64,000 nucleotides of DNA from Hamiltosporidium tvaerminnensis FI-OER-3-3 (GCA_022605425.2 JAKIMF020000001.1:620001-684000); one strand, 5' to 3'; shown: positions 38,831 through 51,764, counted from the first letter of the stretch. Program-made: numbers and translations. The notes: generated from the sequence alone by a model not told the origin.

Positions 38831-39129
38831 TTTTTTGTCTATAATTCCACAACCAGCAACAGAAGTGGACAAACTTTCCAAGCAAACCCCCAACCCAGTG
38901 CATGTTTCTAGACATTTTTTATATGAAAGCTTTGAGACATAGGTGTATTATGGATAAATATGGTATCTCGGTGAAGTTCCCTTTTTTTAACCTAGCAATG
39001 CATCAATGCCCTTAAAAAAATATGGAATATACGTCTTTTACAAAAAGAAATGATACATATTGTTTTAAATATTTTTTGTCACTGTTGCAATTTATTTTTA
39101 GCTCAACTAATTATCCAGCTAATATTTCA

Positions 39130-39280
39130 CAACGGTAGTATGAAGTCCCAAACTAGATGGCTAGACGATGTTAAAAAAAATTTGCGTAACCTTGGTGTGG
39201 AATAATATAAAGGATTGGCACTTGATCGTAATAAGTTGGAATTCATAGTAAATGAGGCTTGGCCTCTTACTGAACCACAA
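39130..39280 (+). mobile_element. RTE-clade LINE C-terminal remnant
   Basis: TRWLDDVKKNLRNLGV...LALDRNK..FIVNEA matches the RTE ORF C-terminal pattern. Confidence 0.6.
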
Positions 39281-40779
39281 TTATATTGCTAATTAAGCAT
39301 AAACTATCATGAAAATGATTTTTGTTTGATATTTATAACTAGATCTAAAATAAATAAGATGTTCATGTGAATAGTTAGTCTATTTTATTGTTGATTTCTT
39401 CTTTTCGAATTAAAGTCATACTCAAGATGAATTAAAGCTTTTCATGATATTTTATTAGAAATTTTAGAAATTTTATTTTGAAAGGGGTTACATTTCATTC
39501 TTAATAAAGCCTTCTCTATTCAAAAAGAATTAGGGAATCGATCGAGTATCGAATGTGGTTCTTTAGAATCGAATTCTGATATCCTGAAAAATAGATCATT
39601 ATCAATTATTTTTTCTGTAAATAATCTAAGTCAATTTTATTCGTTTTAAAAAACATTTGTCTTTCTACTGTATTTTGGTATGAAGATCGGCACAACGAGG
39701 TTTGATTAATTATTCATAATGTATATAATTACCGAATTTCTTTTCCATTTTGAGTATATGTGTAAGCTAATTATTATTACATTGGTATATAGGGGTTTTT
39801 TTTATATTTCTAACAAAGCTACACGCCAGATAAATGCAAAAAAAAAACGTCTTAGGTTAAACTTTAAGCCAAAAAAACTGCTAAATGTTCTGATATAAAC
39901 GTTACCTTAAACAATAAACGTTTAAGTTTAAAATAAATCTCTAGTCTAAGGAAAAAAATTTAAAATACTTAGTACGTCAATTCGACCCTAAAATAATATC
40001 GAAGAGACATATTGTGCAGTCTCAGAAATACTTACATAAAAAAGAGAAAATTACTGCTGCAAAGATGTTATAAGCAGAAAATAAGGAAGTTTTCAGGTGG
40101 ATCCGTATCGATTTTAGAATAAATTTTCATTTCAAGTACCAAGAAATTCCAGATTTCCTAGCCTAAATAAAAAAAATTGGATTATATTACGATTAAAACA
40201 ATATTAACTTATAAAGCTTATTATAGTTAAAATAAATCTCAATACTAGAACATTAAATATCCAAACCAAAAAAAATCTTTGGCTCAAAGCAAAATTTTAG
40301 ATAAATTCTTCTCGTAAAATATGAATTACAGATCTTCTAATATAAACTTTATTTGAATAGTCCTTTGAAAGTAGTTTTATTTTTTTAGCTTAGATACCCA
40401 TTGTATACAATAATCTCTTCAAATGTACACTCAAGATTTATTTTTTTGCTTCATCTTAGTCTGAAGTTGTTGTTATAAAACAAAGGTCAGAAATTTCATG
40501 TCTTTTCAACATATCACTACATACACTTTACTCATAGTCTTAATGAAGTATCTGTGGTCTATGTATTTCCTCCTTAGTATGGCGTCTAGTAACGTTTTTT
40601 TTCTAAAATCCTATCAGCATTTGGGTTTACATCTGCTTAGTCTTTTTATTTTCTGAATGAGTTTCGAAAGTCTTCTTGATATATTTTCCATTATATCGAT
40701 GCTTCTATAATTGAGAATATTTTATGCTTTTCAGGATATATCTTATGATATCATGCAGTAATCTCTTCTTCTGAAATGC

Positions 40780-41060
40780 CACTTGAAATTATTTTTTAAA
40801 AAAATCCATCACTTAAAATTTTGATCTTATGTCAACGGTTCGCACCAACTTATTTTTTCAGTTGCTTCACTTTGAAGATATTCCGGCGAAGAACTCCACA
40901 TTTCAATATGTGTAGTATAAACTTGATGGTCTGAATAAATCCATTAAAAATTATCTATCTGTCAACGAATGTGCTTAAATGTGTGAAGATCATTGCTGCC
41001 ATATTGGTCGGATATAAGCGACGCTGGAGCCATAGTTCCTTCCCAAAATTCCGAGTTTTA
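40780..41060 (-). mobile_element. Merlin/IS1595-like transposase remnant
   Basis: APASLISD...DL..FKH...VYTTHIEMWS resembles PGS.I.SD.W..Y...H...HTN.IE..W; contains stops. Confidence 0.45.
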
Positions 41061-41339
41061 ACAGATATGAAGAGGAATAGAATAACTAACTAAGTTGTAT
41101 CAATTTATTTCAATCTATAATAAATAAAACGAACTTTATATTTTGAACTTAATTGAGTCATCAAGTTATTATTCTGCATACTTATTTTCAAGGAGTTTTC
41201 AAAAAGGTGACTCTAAATTTATTTTGTAGATGTGAACTAATATTTTTAGAAGAATAAAGTAAATAAACATACACTTTAATAAATAGTCTAATGAGGTTAT
41301 ATTTATGTATTTTGTTTTTCGAAAACCAATCTATCTACT

Positions 41340-41895
41340 TTTTTTCTAGATTGAGTACAGTTTAAAACTACCATAGCTCACCTATAATATAAATATAGCG
41401 TAAAATTGCTGCCTTATATAGCCTTAGGTTCTTTTCTCCAAACTAGTTTGAATGCAGGTCAATGCATTAATGAATTACCTGATGCATTATATAACTTTGC
41501 ATGTGGTTTTCGATTTTCGAGATTCATTCATTCTATTAGTTTGCTAGTTGAAGGCATGGATTTTTTGGAATCTCTTTGTAGAAATATTTACATGTAGGAA
41601 GCCTTAGATCAGAGTAATTGTGGCTTGTTACTATGCTATACCTTAAGATTTAAGCCACATTTAGTTTATTTTTCTTTACATTTTTCTCGAAAATCGAGGA
41701 GACTCAAATGTCATATATTTACAAATCAACTCTAAATCTTAAAGGATTTTACTGGTTTGTTTTAGTAAGATACAGACCATTTTATATTCCGTTGTAAATT
41801 TACTAGTTATTCATCAACACTGCAAGCCTTACATCATCTTGCTAACAAAATTCAACAAGTTAAAGTCACATTATTCCTACAGATGGTTTTTTTTA
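41340..41895 (-). repeat. Dispersed family, copy I (very diverged)
   Basis: AAAAACCATCTG head; CATGTAA and TGCAAAG..TAA..GCATCAGGTAAT..CATTGA blocks match copy C. Confidence 0.5.
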
Positions 41896-42694
41896 CAATT
41901 TTGCATGTTTTTTAATAGCTTGAAATAGGCCCTCTTTTGTGATATAAATTGATATAGTAATTAATTTTGAAATTCTTTTCCTTTCAAATGTTTAATTAGC
42001 TATGTGTTTAATTTATTTCACAATATTCTATTATTTACCAGTATCTACAGCCAAATATTTTCACAGAAGCACTGTATGCTTGGAATATGTATCAAATGTG
42101 GCCGATTTTTATCTTTTAACCTCTAACTTTATATTTGATAACAATTCTATACCTCAAAAACCAAAGCAGCTGGTATTTTTAGGCTCAGATAAATATAACT
42201 TCTAAAATCAATACAATAAATATTAATCCTAAAAAACTATGATAATACAAAAAAATAATTGGAAAAAGAATATTTATAACGCTTGTATTTTGATTTCGTA
42301 TTAGGCTATATTATAATAAAAGCATATAATAATTTGTATTTAAGATGAAGAAATGCAGCTTTTGTTGTTTATAAAATGCCTATTTCCTTTACAAAAATCG
42401 AGAACAGAAGAAGACAGATACAATTTCTATTTCTTCGGCTATATACATCTTAATTACTCTGATAAATACATATTAAATTATTTTTTTGAATTTCATATAA
42501 TATAAGCATTTCTTTAAACAGAAACATAGGTCAAGACAAATAAGAGAATCTTTTTTTACTTACTACCGATGATCTTTTTTAAAAACCAGATACATTTTTT
42601 TGATCATAAATTTTATTTTATACTGAAAAAATAAACGTTAGAATCGAGAGATCTTCGACACATGTATATTTCTTTTACAAAAAAAGATGTAAAA

Positions 42695-43020
42695 TAAAGA
42701 TAGGCGTATTAAAAACCATCTACTTGATAATGAGTAAGTGATATGGGTGTGAAAATCTTTGTTGGAATCCTAGTAAGATATAAACTCTAGCTTCTATGTA
42801 TATATTCCCTATAACTTTGACAACAAACTAATTTAATAGATGGGAACATAAAGAACTGTCTCGGAAATCAACGAACTGAAGCATAGAAAGAACAATGAAT
42901 TCTGTAATACAAGATTATTAGTTTGATAGATAAAGTAGAATAGCTCATGAGTTATGAAAACGCCTGAGTACTAATAACCAGCCTTTCTTAAAAAAGAAAT
43001 AGACGCAGAAAATTCTTTGG
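42695..43020 (+). repeat. Dispersed family, copy H
   Basis: ATTAAAAACCATCTACTTGATAATGAG..GGTGTGAAA head. Confidence 0.6.
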
Positions 43021-43630
43021 AGTATAAAGCGACATAATCACTTAGAATTTCATCTGTTAATATTCAAATTCGAAAGATCAAAAAGAATGAAATAAGCAAG
43101 TAAGTATTTTCATTTTCCTTTCATGAATTGTATTAAAATTTTATTTTTATAAAAATTTACTCTCAAAATTTGTTTCTTCAGAATATATCTACAAAACAAT
43201 ATTTATTGCCAATCTTCATATATTTATACTACCAATAAATCTGAAAATCTTAATTCGATTCGTAATAAAATTTATCCAAAAACAAAAATCTAAGATTGAA
43301 CTACGATCGAAACATAATTTGCAAAAAAAATGTAAACCACAATAAAAATCGATATTAAAAACCGATTTAAAAGCCAAAAGAATAGCAAGCCATATACTTA
43401 GATTGGAATAGGAAGTCATTATATAACGCATATTAGAACACAAATACATTATAATATTCTTTTAATAATCTAAAACCACAATAAGAAAATCCGAGTTTAA
43501 CAGAACAAGAATTAATTTATAAATATCTAATAAAATCTTTACTTTTATCTGTATCTTTAAATTACCTAAGATAGATGTTTCATCATATCTGAATTGTTTA
43601 TAATTAAATCTCAATCTATCAGAATTAAAG

Positions 43631-43848
43631 AATTAAATCTATCAGATATATAAGACACAGAAAGACTAAGAAAATATTTTCTAAAATCAAGAAAGATAAT
43701 TAAATCTATCAGATATTTAGACACAGAAAGACTAAGAAAATATTTTCTAAAATCAAGAAAGATAATTAAATCTATCAGATATTTAGACACAGAAAGACTA
43801 AGAAAATATTTTCTAAAATCAAGAAAGATAATTAAATCTATCAGATAT
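43631..43848. repeat. 66-bp tandem repeat x3.3
   Basis: AATTAAATCTATCAGATAT at 43631, 43698, 43764 and 43830. Confidence 0.95.
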
Positions 43849-44362
43849 ATTTCGAATATATAGTAAATACTACTAGAGATAATAAAAATAAATATAAATC
43901 TAAAGTATTGCATCACATCTATCAAATATACATATAAATTATAATTTAATTTTTTGTTACAATTCATTACTTATCATATTTTTCAGATAAAAATATCATA
44001 ATTCAAGTCAAATTAAAACATAATAACAGAACTTATAAGATATAAGTAAATAACAATATCTGACAAATGAATAACAATCTAAATAAAATTCCATCAAATA
44101 TCAAATTTAAATTAAATAAAAACTATAAAAATTTACTAGGAAAAACTGTTGTAAAACCAAACATATTAGAAAAGAAAACTACTGGAAAAACGTATTAGAA
44201 ACGAAAATTTACCAGAAAAAACTTATCAGAAACAAAAACGTATTAGAAACAAAAACTTTACAGAAAAACTTACCAGAAACAAAAACTTATGAAAAACCCT
44301 AATTTTTAATATTAAAAACAAAAATAAATCTAATTAGAAACCTTAAATCATAAAAAAAATTA

Positions 44363-46021
44363 TTACTTAATAAATTTATTAGGACTTTCATTGGTTGCTG
44401 TACTGCAATAAGGAAATATTTTTTTAACATCCAAATCTTCCAAATAATAAAAATACTTTTCTAAATCGATATGTGACTGTTGTTTTACAATACCATTTAA
44501 ATTTGTATCTTTAGCCCATTCAGGAAGTTTAAAATTATCAAGAAGATCTTCTTCGTCATTTAATTTAACTACAGGAACCACAGTTTTAGGTTTGTAAGAA
44601 TTTAAATCAAACCGAATTGAATTTCTAAACGCACTTGAATTTCTTATTTGCTTATCGATAACGGATTTGTACAGAGAATCTACAGGGGTTCGTTTATAAA
44701 AAATTAAACTTGAATCTTTTGAATCTGGACTTCCACTGCTAAAAAAAGTCGTATTGCTTGATTTTTCTATCGTATTTTTTGTTTTACTGCCATTTGTCAT
44801 AAAAACATTTTGATTTTCAAATCCTTTACTTTTTGTACTCTCCACCACCGAATTCTTATCATCTTCACATCTTTCAACATTTAGAACTCGATCATCTTCA
44901 ATTTCAGTTTTAAATTGTGCAAGTAAATTGTCCAATTCTTCATTTACCTTTACAATAGAATCACTTAAATCAAATTTTAAATCTCCATTTTTTAAATCAA
45001 AAATTGTTAATCCAGAATTGTCTTCCTCCTCATTTTTATACATCAACGAATTTTCAATTTGTAATTTATTTTTCACATTTTTTTCCAAATCAAATTTATT
45101 TTCATTAAAATTTAAAGAATTATTTGAAGTCATCATATCTAATTGACACTCACTAGAAATATCCTCTTTAATAACTTTTTCTTCAACAAAATCTTTAATA
45201 TTCTCATGTAATATTGAAAAAGAAGATTTATTTTCTTTAAAATCTACATTCACCCCCTCATCAATAAAACTTCCTCTCTTCAAAGGAGTTTTTATATTTA
45301 ATTTAATTTTTTGTACTTTTTCCACCGATCTTTTCTCTTTTTTATTTACATCTCTAATTCCCCCACCAATAAATTCTTTTTTCACTGATTTTGAAATTAA
45401 ATTTTTATCAAAATTATTTTCTTTAATACTACTAGGATTATTACTAGTATTATTCATTTTATTATCAGGATTATTTACTTTATTATTATCAGTATTATTT
45501 AATCTAATATTTACTTTATTATTATTAGGATTATTAGAATTATTTACTCTATTATTATTATTAGTATTATTAGCATCTAATCTACTATTATCCATTTTAT
45601 TTACTCTACTATTATCCATTTTATTTTCTATTTTATTTAATCTACTATTATCCATTTTATTTACTCTACTATTATTATTAGTATCTAATCTACTATTATT
45701 ATTATTATTAATATCTAATCTACTAATATATTTACCAGTATTTTCAATATTTCTATTTACCCTCCCTATTGTCTTTACTTTACCACATCCATTAGTAATA
45801 TCCTTCCCTATTGTCTTTGCCTTTTTGTTATTTTCATTTTCTTTAAAAATAAAATTATTTTTGTTTTTTTTAACATTTTTCTCATTTTCTAATCCACTAT
45901 CAATATTTACATTTACATACTTTTTTATAATATTGTCTATTCGTTTGGTATAATCCTCTGAAACAGTAAGTAATACATCTTTAAATTCTTTTAAATATTT
46001 GTCAGTTTCTTCTACTTTCAT
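44363..46021 (-). CDS. INCENP: INCENP/Sli15-like chromosomal passenger protein
   Basis: C-terminal IN-box LPEWAK...IVKQQSHIDLEKYF...LDVKKIF; Asn-rich repeat linker. Confidence 0.75.
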   Translation of the reverse strand: MKVEETDKYLKEFKDVLLTVSEDYTKRIDNIIKKYVNVNIDSGLENEKNVKKNKNNFIFKENENNKKAKTIGKDITNGCGKVKTIGRVNRNIENTGKYISRLDINNNNNSRLDTNNNSRVNKMDNSRLNKIENKMDNSRVNKMDNSRLDANNTNNNNRVNNSNNPNNNKVNIRLNNTDNNKVNNPDNKMNNTSNNPSSIKENNFDKNLISKSVKKEFIGGGIRDVNKKEKRSVEKVQKIKLNIKTPLKRGSFIDEGVNVDFKENKSSFSILHENIKDFVEEKVIKEDISSECQLDMMTSNNSLNFNENKFDLEKNVKNKLQIENSLMYKNEEEDNSGLTIFDLKNGDLKFDLSDSIVKVNEELDNLLAQFKTEIEDDRVLNVERCEDDKNSVVESTKSKGFENQNVFMTNGSKTKNTIEKSSNTTFFSSGSPDSKDSSLIFYKRTPVDSLYKSVIDKQIRNSSAFRNSIRFDLNSYKPKTVVPVVKLNDEEDLLDNFKLPEWAKDTNLNGIVKQQSHIDLEKYFYYLEDLDVKKIFPYCSTATNESPNKFIK

Positions 46022-46756
46022 ATTACCTAAGGGTGTTTATTTTTGTGGTTATATTTTTAAAGATTTTGTACAAAAAAAAAACGAAATTCTTTATCTCTCT
46101 CTTTATAAAAAAATATAGAAAAAGAGAGAGAGAGAGTAGAGATATTTGAAGGGAGAGTGTAGAAGTAGTAATTAGATATAGTAGTAGATATATAATAGGG
46201 ATAGTAATTAGAATTAGTAGTAAAAATAGTAATTAGAAATAGTAGTAGACATAGTAATGTAGATTAAAGATAAATTATATGAGTATTAGAAATACTAGTA
46301 TAGATAGTATTAGAAATAGTAGTAGAGATAGTATTAGTGATATAATAGAAGAATAAAGTCTATTTAAATTTTAACATAAGTTTCTGTTTTTCTAAAAATA
46401 TTAATATAAAAATAAATTTAAATACATAATTATTTTCTTAAATTATTTCATTTAAATCATTAAATTTCTAAACAAAAGTAAAAATAAACAGAAAGAATGT
46501 AATTTAACTTAGGATTATATTTTATTAGAAAGAATGTAATTTTATTAGAAAGATTATATTTTAACTTAGGATTATAATTAACTTAGGATTATATTTTAAC
46601 TTAGGATAATAATTTAACTTAGGAATATAAGAAAGATTATTATTTAAATAAAATATATTATAAGAATTAAAATATTGTTAGAGAAAATAAATATATTTAA
46701 GGAAGAGTGTAATATTTAAATCAAATATTAAATAATTTGAGAATACAAAGTATTTT

Positions 46757-46977
46757 GTATATTTCTCTATTTTTCTCTATATTTTTCTCTCTATTTCTCT
46801 ATTTTTCTCTATATTTTTCTCTATTTTTCTCTCTATTTTTCTCTATATTTCTCTATTTCTCTATTTCTCTATTTCTCTCTATATTTCTCTATTTCTCTAT
46901 ATTTCTCTATATTTCTCTATATTTCTCTATCTTATATTTCTCTATCTTATATTTCTCTATCTTATATTTCTCTATTT
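46757..46977. repeat. Pyrimidine-rich (TATTTCTC)n-like tract upstream of KNL1
   Basis: Direct inspection. Confidence 0.9.
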
Positions 46978-47024
46978 TTTTGTATTAAAAAATTTAAATA
47001 AAACAGAAAAAAAAGGGCATAAAA

Positions 47025-48965
47025 ATGGAAAGAAAAGAGAGTCAAGAAAAGAGAAAAAGGGTTTCTTTTGCACCAGAAGCCAGTATAAATTTCTATGCAA
47101 ATGAAGTACAACAAAATACGAAATCTACTTCTTCCAATGAAGATTTAAGTATTTTAAATGAAAATGAAGAATCTCTTTCATTAACATGTGCTGCGATACC
47201 TACATCTGATGATGGATACAATTTTTATTCAAAAATTGAAGAAGAAAAAGAAAATAAAAATTTTGTAGAAAAATTTAATGAGGAAGGCAATTTTATGGAA
47301 ATAAAAAGTTCTTTTGAAAAGATTGGAGAAAACAATGACGAATTAAATAAAAGTATTGAAAAGATAGTTGATGATGCTATACGATACAACATTCCATTAA
47401 ATGAAATAAATATTTTTGGAGAAAGTATTGAAAAAATAATTGAAAAAGAAAAAATAATTGAAAAAGAAGACCAAGAAGATCTTAAGATGAACACAAAAGA
47501 TTTTTCATTTTTAAATAATAATTTTATGACTGAAACGATAAACATGCGAGAAATAATTGATACTCAAGATTTAAGAAAATTTATACCTGAAAATAAAAAT
47601 GAAAAAATTAATTTTAATGATCTTCTTGTTTCACATGGTATAAGATTTTTAGATAAGATGATATATAACAGAGGACGTAGAAGTACAATTTCTAAGTCTA
47701 AAAATGTTGTTACTCCTAATTTAAAAAATTATTATAAATTTTTTAAAATAATTCAAATTAATTTTTATGAAAATTTTATTTTTGATTTGGAAAGATTGAA
47801 TGAAGAACAAGAAAAAACAAATGAAAATTTAGAAAATGAATTTAAAATAAAAGGAAGTTTATTAGAGGATGAAGATAAAGATAAACATCTTAAAATGTTA
47901 AAATCTGTGTGTAGATCGACAGCAAAAGTAAAATGGTACGAAATTAGAAAAAAATATGCTTTAGAATTTTATGAGAAAATTATTAATGAAAAGAATTTTT
48001 TATCTGAAAAATTAAACAGATTTAAAAGAGAAAATGATAATTATTTATCCAAAATAAATTCTATTAAAGAAAAAATAGAAAAAATGGAATTTGAAAATAA
48101 TAATTTACAAAAAAAGATAGAAAAATATAGTAAAACTGATATTTTAGAAGTAACTAATTTACAAAATACAATCAAAGAACAGAATATGGTACATGAAAGG
48201 ATTAAAAAGAATTTAGAAGGACTTGAAGAAAATATGACAATGAAAAGAAATAAATATTTATCTCTTGAATCTCAAGTATGTATTTTAAGAAAGGAAGTAG
48301 AAGAAATCAGTACAAGAATTAAATCTATGAATATTACAGAACAGCAGATGCTTGAAGTTAGAGATTCTTTTAAAATATTTTCTAAAATTTTTAATATTCA
48401 AATAATTAAGTTAAATTCAAATTTTTTTCAATTTGAAATCGGATTTTTTGAATTCTATTTCTATTTTTCTACAGAAAAAGAAAATATTTTTTTAAAAGAA
48501 ATAAACATTCATCTTAAAAAAAATGAAAAATCTTATAAATCAAACACAATACCACTTATTTACCAATTTTTTACAGAAAAAACTAAAAAAAATTTACAAA
48601 ATTTTAATTCATTTAATGAAATTTTAAATTTAAAAAATAAGAATAAAAATACCAATTGGATTGAAGAAATAAGAAATTCATTTTTATTTTCTTACAAAAT
48701 AAAAAATATTTGTAAAGAAATTCTTCAAATTGAATCTCATTTTGAAATTAATTCTAAAATTACATATAATAAATTATTTATCGATGTAGAAGTTATAAAT
48801 TTAAAAAAAGTAAAAAAATATACAATTAGATTTGAAGTATTAGGATTTGATTTAATAACTTTTACTATTTTAGACACTGAAAATTTTCATATTGACATTT
48901 TTCCTACCAATTTTTATTTTTATACAGTTACACGTAAAATAAGTGAAATAATTCAAAATCTTTAA
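47025..48965 (+). CDS. SPC105: Kinetochore scaffold KNL1/Spc105/Spc7
   Basis: N-terminal KRVSF PP1-docking motif, FNDLL..HGIRFLD and CR..AK..WYE.R Spc7-domain motifs, coiled coil, RWD-like C-terminus. Confidence 0.85.
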   Translation: MERKESQEKRKRVSFAPEASINFYANEVQQNTKSTSSNEDLSILNENEESLSLTCAAIPTSDDGYNFYSKIEEEKENKNFVEKFNEEGNFMEIKSSFEKIGENNDELNKSIEKIVDDAIRYNIPLNEINIFGESIEKIIEKEKIIEKEDQEDLKMNTKDFSFLNNNFMTETINMREIIDTQDLRKFIPENKNEKINFNDLLVSHGIRFLDKMIYNRGRRSTISKSKNVVTPNLKNYYKFFKIIQINFYENFIFDLERLNEEQEKTNENLENEFKIKGSLLEDEDKDKHLKMLKSVCRSTAKVKWYEIRKKYALEFYEKIINEKNFLSEKLNRFKRENDNYLSKINSIKEKIEKMEFENNNLQKKIEKYSKTDILEVTNLQNTIKEQNMVHERIKKNLEGLEENMTMKRNKYLSLESQVCILRKEVEEISTRIKSMNITEQQMLEVRDSFKIFSKIFNIQIIKLNSNFFQFEIGFFEFYFYFSTEKENIFLKEINIHLKKNEKSYKSNTIPLIYQFFTEKTKKNLQNFNSFNEILNLKNKNKNTNWIEEIRNSFLFSYKIKNICKEILQIESHFEINSKITYNKLFIDVEVINLKKVKKYTIRFEVLGFDLITFTILDTENFHIDIFPTNFYFYTVTRKISEIIQNL

Positions 48966-49067
48966 TAAAAATGTTTTTATAATTTCTACTTGTAAACAGT
49001 TACACGTAAAATAAGTGAAATAATTCAAAATCTTTAATAAAAATGTTTTTATAATTTCTACTTGTAA
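48924..49067 (+). repeat. Exact 72-bp duplication of the KNL1 3' end
   Basis: ACAGTTACACG... at 48924 and 48996; includes the stop codon and AATAAA. Confidence 0.95.
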
Positions 49068-49103
49068 AGTAAAATAGTTGAAATAATTTATAATTTATAA
49101 TTT

Positions 49104-49169
49104 AGTGGTTAAAGAGGTAGAAGAAAACATGTAAAAATGGTAAAAATATTTTAACTAAGAATTTTATTA
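49104..49169 (+). mobile_element. 66-bp 3'-terminal fragment of the RLE retrotransposon
   Basis: Reverse complement of ~49436-49502 with a few changes; flanked by AATTTATAATTTATAATTT at 49085-49103 and 49170-49188. Confidence 0.85.
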
Positions 49170-49472
49170 AATTTATAATTTATAATTTCTACTTGTAAAG
49201 TAATATTATAAGGAATTTAATAAAATATTGGTAGGATGAAATATTAATTCAATTTTTAAATAAACTATTGGTAAAGTAATATTATAAGGAATTTAATAGC
49301 TCAAAGAATAAAGTAATATTTAAAAGAATAAATTATATCTCAAAGAATAAATTAATATTTAAAAGAATAAAAAATATCACAGAGAATAAAATAATATTTA
49401 AAAGAATAACTAAAATCTTAAATACAAATTTTTATTTAATAAAATTCTGGGTTAAAATATTTTTTAACATTT

Positions 49473-51764
49473 TTATATGTTTTCTTCTACCTCTTTAACC
49501 ACTTTTGTCTCTTCTTCCAAATCCGACTCTTTATTTATGTTATTGGTCGGTTCCTCTAAAGTGGTTCCTCCTTGTGAAATAAAGGTTGCTTTATTTTTTG
49601 GTTTAAATTTTTTTGAACCATCTTCCCCTCTCTTCTCTTCTTTTAAATAAGGTTTTAATTCCTCATGCATCTCTGCTCTCATAATAACACCCATTGACGC
49701 TCTCTCCCAGCTCTCTTCGGCATTTAGTCCTGACTCAAGTCCTCTTCGTCGATCAAAGGAAATTGTTTCGACTGTTTTCTTAAGTACTATAGACTGAATG
49801 TATGCTTCTACATTCATGGGTATTTCTAGTCTTTTAAGATAAGATTTATGGTATTTTGTCACAATACCGTCCCAGGTCATCACATAATGGATTATCTCAA
49901 CACTACACTTATAAATAAGGCCCAACTCATTGGCTAGCAGGTCATACTTCCTAAGTTTTTCAGTTTCAACTATTTGAAGTGAATCTTGGGAAGTGATTCC
50001 TACTTCAATGAGTGTTATCTTATTCTTCTTCTTATCTAAAATAAATATGTCTGGTCTGTTATTCCGAATTTTAACATCAGTTTTAATTCTGGTGTCCACT
50101 CTTATCTCTGCATACTCATTATCAAGAATTTCTTGAACTGAGTGGCTCCTTATTCGTTTTGAAGACTTAAACTTATATCTATTTAGTAGGAGAAGGTGTA
50201 GGCATCTAACCACTTCATTATGCCGTCTAGTGTAATCATGGCCTAGCATTTTTTCACATCTAGTTGCTAGATGATCCACAGTCTTACCAGACTTCCCGCA
50301 ATGTTGACACACACCATCTGCTCCCCAGAATACATTTCTATCCTGGATATAGCAGAACACAGCTTCATTTCGTGGCCTAATATTTCCTCTCTTTAGCCAT
50401 CTTGAAGAGTCACTAACACTTACAAGCTCATTTTTCCTTGCATTATATAACTTTGAATGTAGTTTTCGTTTTTCTATTTCGTTATATAGTTTTGCAAGTT
50501 GAGCTTCTTCTAAATTTTTCTTAGTGACTTCTTCTACCAACCTGTACTTTACTTTTAAGAAGCCTTTTATTAGTGCAAGATGGGTTTTATTATTATTCTC
50601 CACCTTGAGGATTGCTGCTCGTCTAGTTGATATTTCTTTACTTTTTTCCAGACAATCCAAGAGTTGCAGAAGCATATGTTCGCTTCGCAACTCAACACTA
50701 TGTAGGCCTCTTCCAAGTTCTGTTCTAGGAAGATACAACCGCTCTTTACATCCTGGGCGGAGATGTATCTTATTTTTAACCAACACCGCACGCACTGCAT
50801 CATCTAACTTAGAGAAGTCAGCCGGTTCAAGTCGAAGTACTCCTATGTGGTAGTTGATTAACGATATCGCATGTTGATTGATTGCAGAAAATAAATTTTT
50901 TGCATTTAATCTAGTGTGACAAAGTCTTTCAACTCTTGATATAAGTTTGCTCTGTACTTCTTCAAATGAGCTACGTGTTGGGATTCCTCTGCTATCTTCT
51001 ATTATTCCTAAATATTTGTAAACACTAACACCTTCTAGAAGAGTAGCAGTATCTTCACAACACGTATCATTTGTGGCTGACTTCTCTTTGTTAATCTCTA
51101 AGCCAATCACCTCTAAAAATTCCTTTGCCTCGCCTGTCATAGCACTCAATGTGGAGCTGTCTTTTGCAAGGAGTTTAAGATCATCAATAAACAAGAGATG
51201 ATTAGTAGAATAGGATTCTGCATCTGTTTGTACTGTCACTTTTGTGTATTTTTCATTAAGCTTTCGGCTTAATGGATCCATACACAACACAAATAACAAA
51301 GGTGACAGACTATCTCCTTGTAGAATCCCTCTATCAATCTTCTTGCTCATGATTTTTTCAGGCCCTACGGATATATCAGTTTTCCATTTTGATATAATTA
51401 CCTTAATAAATTTCAGGATCCAATCAGGTAAATTAAGGTTTTCAATGCATTGAGTTAAATAAGCATGATCTTTTGAATCATAAGCTTTTTTAACATCAAT
51501 CCATGTTGCCTTAAGATTATTTCCATACTCTTTATTTAAGGCAATATTCAGTAGAGCCTGCTCTTTCGCTCCCTGCACACCTCTTACCGCCCCTAGTTGG
51601 TTCTCTGCAAGCAACCCTCGCCTTTCCACTTCAAGTTGAACGACTTTCGTTACACACTTTGTCGTTAACTTATAGAGGTTGGACATACAAGTGATTGGCC
51701 TGTAGTCAGAGCCTCTTGTGGAATTCCTTTCGGTATCAAATACGTAAGCCCGCAGTAAAACCAA
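49473..51764 (-). CDS. Reverse transcriptase / RLE endonuclease (3' part of a frameshifted ORF)
   Basis: DYRPITC, WIDVKKAYDS, GILQGDSLSP, FIDD, YKYLG, RHN, RPDI. Confidence 0.9.
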   Translation of the reverse strand: MVLLRAYVFDTERNSTRGSDYRPITCMSNLYKLTTKCVTKVVQLEVERRGLLAENQLGAVRGVQGAKEQALLNIALNKEYGNNLKATWIDVKKAYDSKDHAYLTQCIENLNLPDWILKFIKVIISKWKTDISVGPEKIMSKKIDRGILQGDSLSPLLFVLCMDPLSRKLNEKYTKVTVQTDAESYSTNHLLFIDDLKLLAKDSSTLSAMTGEAKEFLEVIGLEINKEKSATNDTCCEDTATLLEGVSVYKYLGIIEDSRGIPTRSSFEEVQSKLISRVERLCHTRLNAKNLFSAINQHAISLINYHIGVLRLEPADFSKLDDAVRAVLVKNKIHLRPGCKERLYLPRTELGRGLHSVELRSEHMLLQLLDCLEKSKEISTRRAAILKVENNNKTHLALIKGFLKVKYRLVEEVTKKNLEEAQLAKLYNEIEKRKLHSKLYNARKNELVSVSDSSRWLKRGNIRPRNEAVFCYIQDRNVFWGADGVCQHCGKSGKTVDHLATRCEKMLGHDYTRRHNEVVRCLHLLLLNRYKFKSSKRIRSHSVQEILDNEYAEIRVDTRIKTDVKIRNNRPDIFILDKKKNKITLIEVGITSQDSLQIVETEKLRKYDLLANELGLIYKCSVEIIHYVMTWDGIVTKYHKSYLKRLEIPMNVEAYIQSIVLKKTVETISFDRRRGLESGLNAEESWERASMGVIMRAEMHEELKPYLKEEKRGEDGSKKFKPKNKATFISQGGTTLEEPTNNINKESDLEEETKVVKEVEENI

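Noticed and set aside
43611-43967. 118-aa ORF with 22-aa repeats
   Set aside because: By-product of a 66-bp tandem repeat
46737-46988. Phe/Ser/Leu-rich ORF
   Set aside because: Translation of a microsatellite
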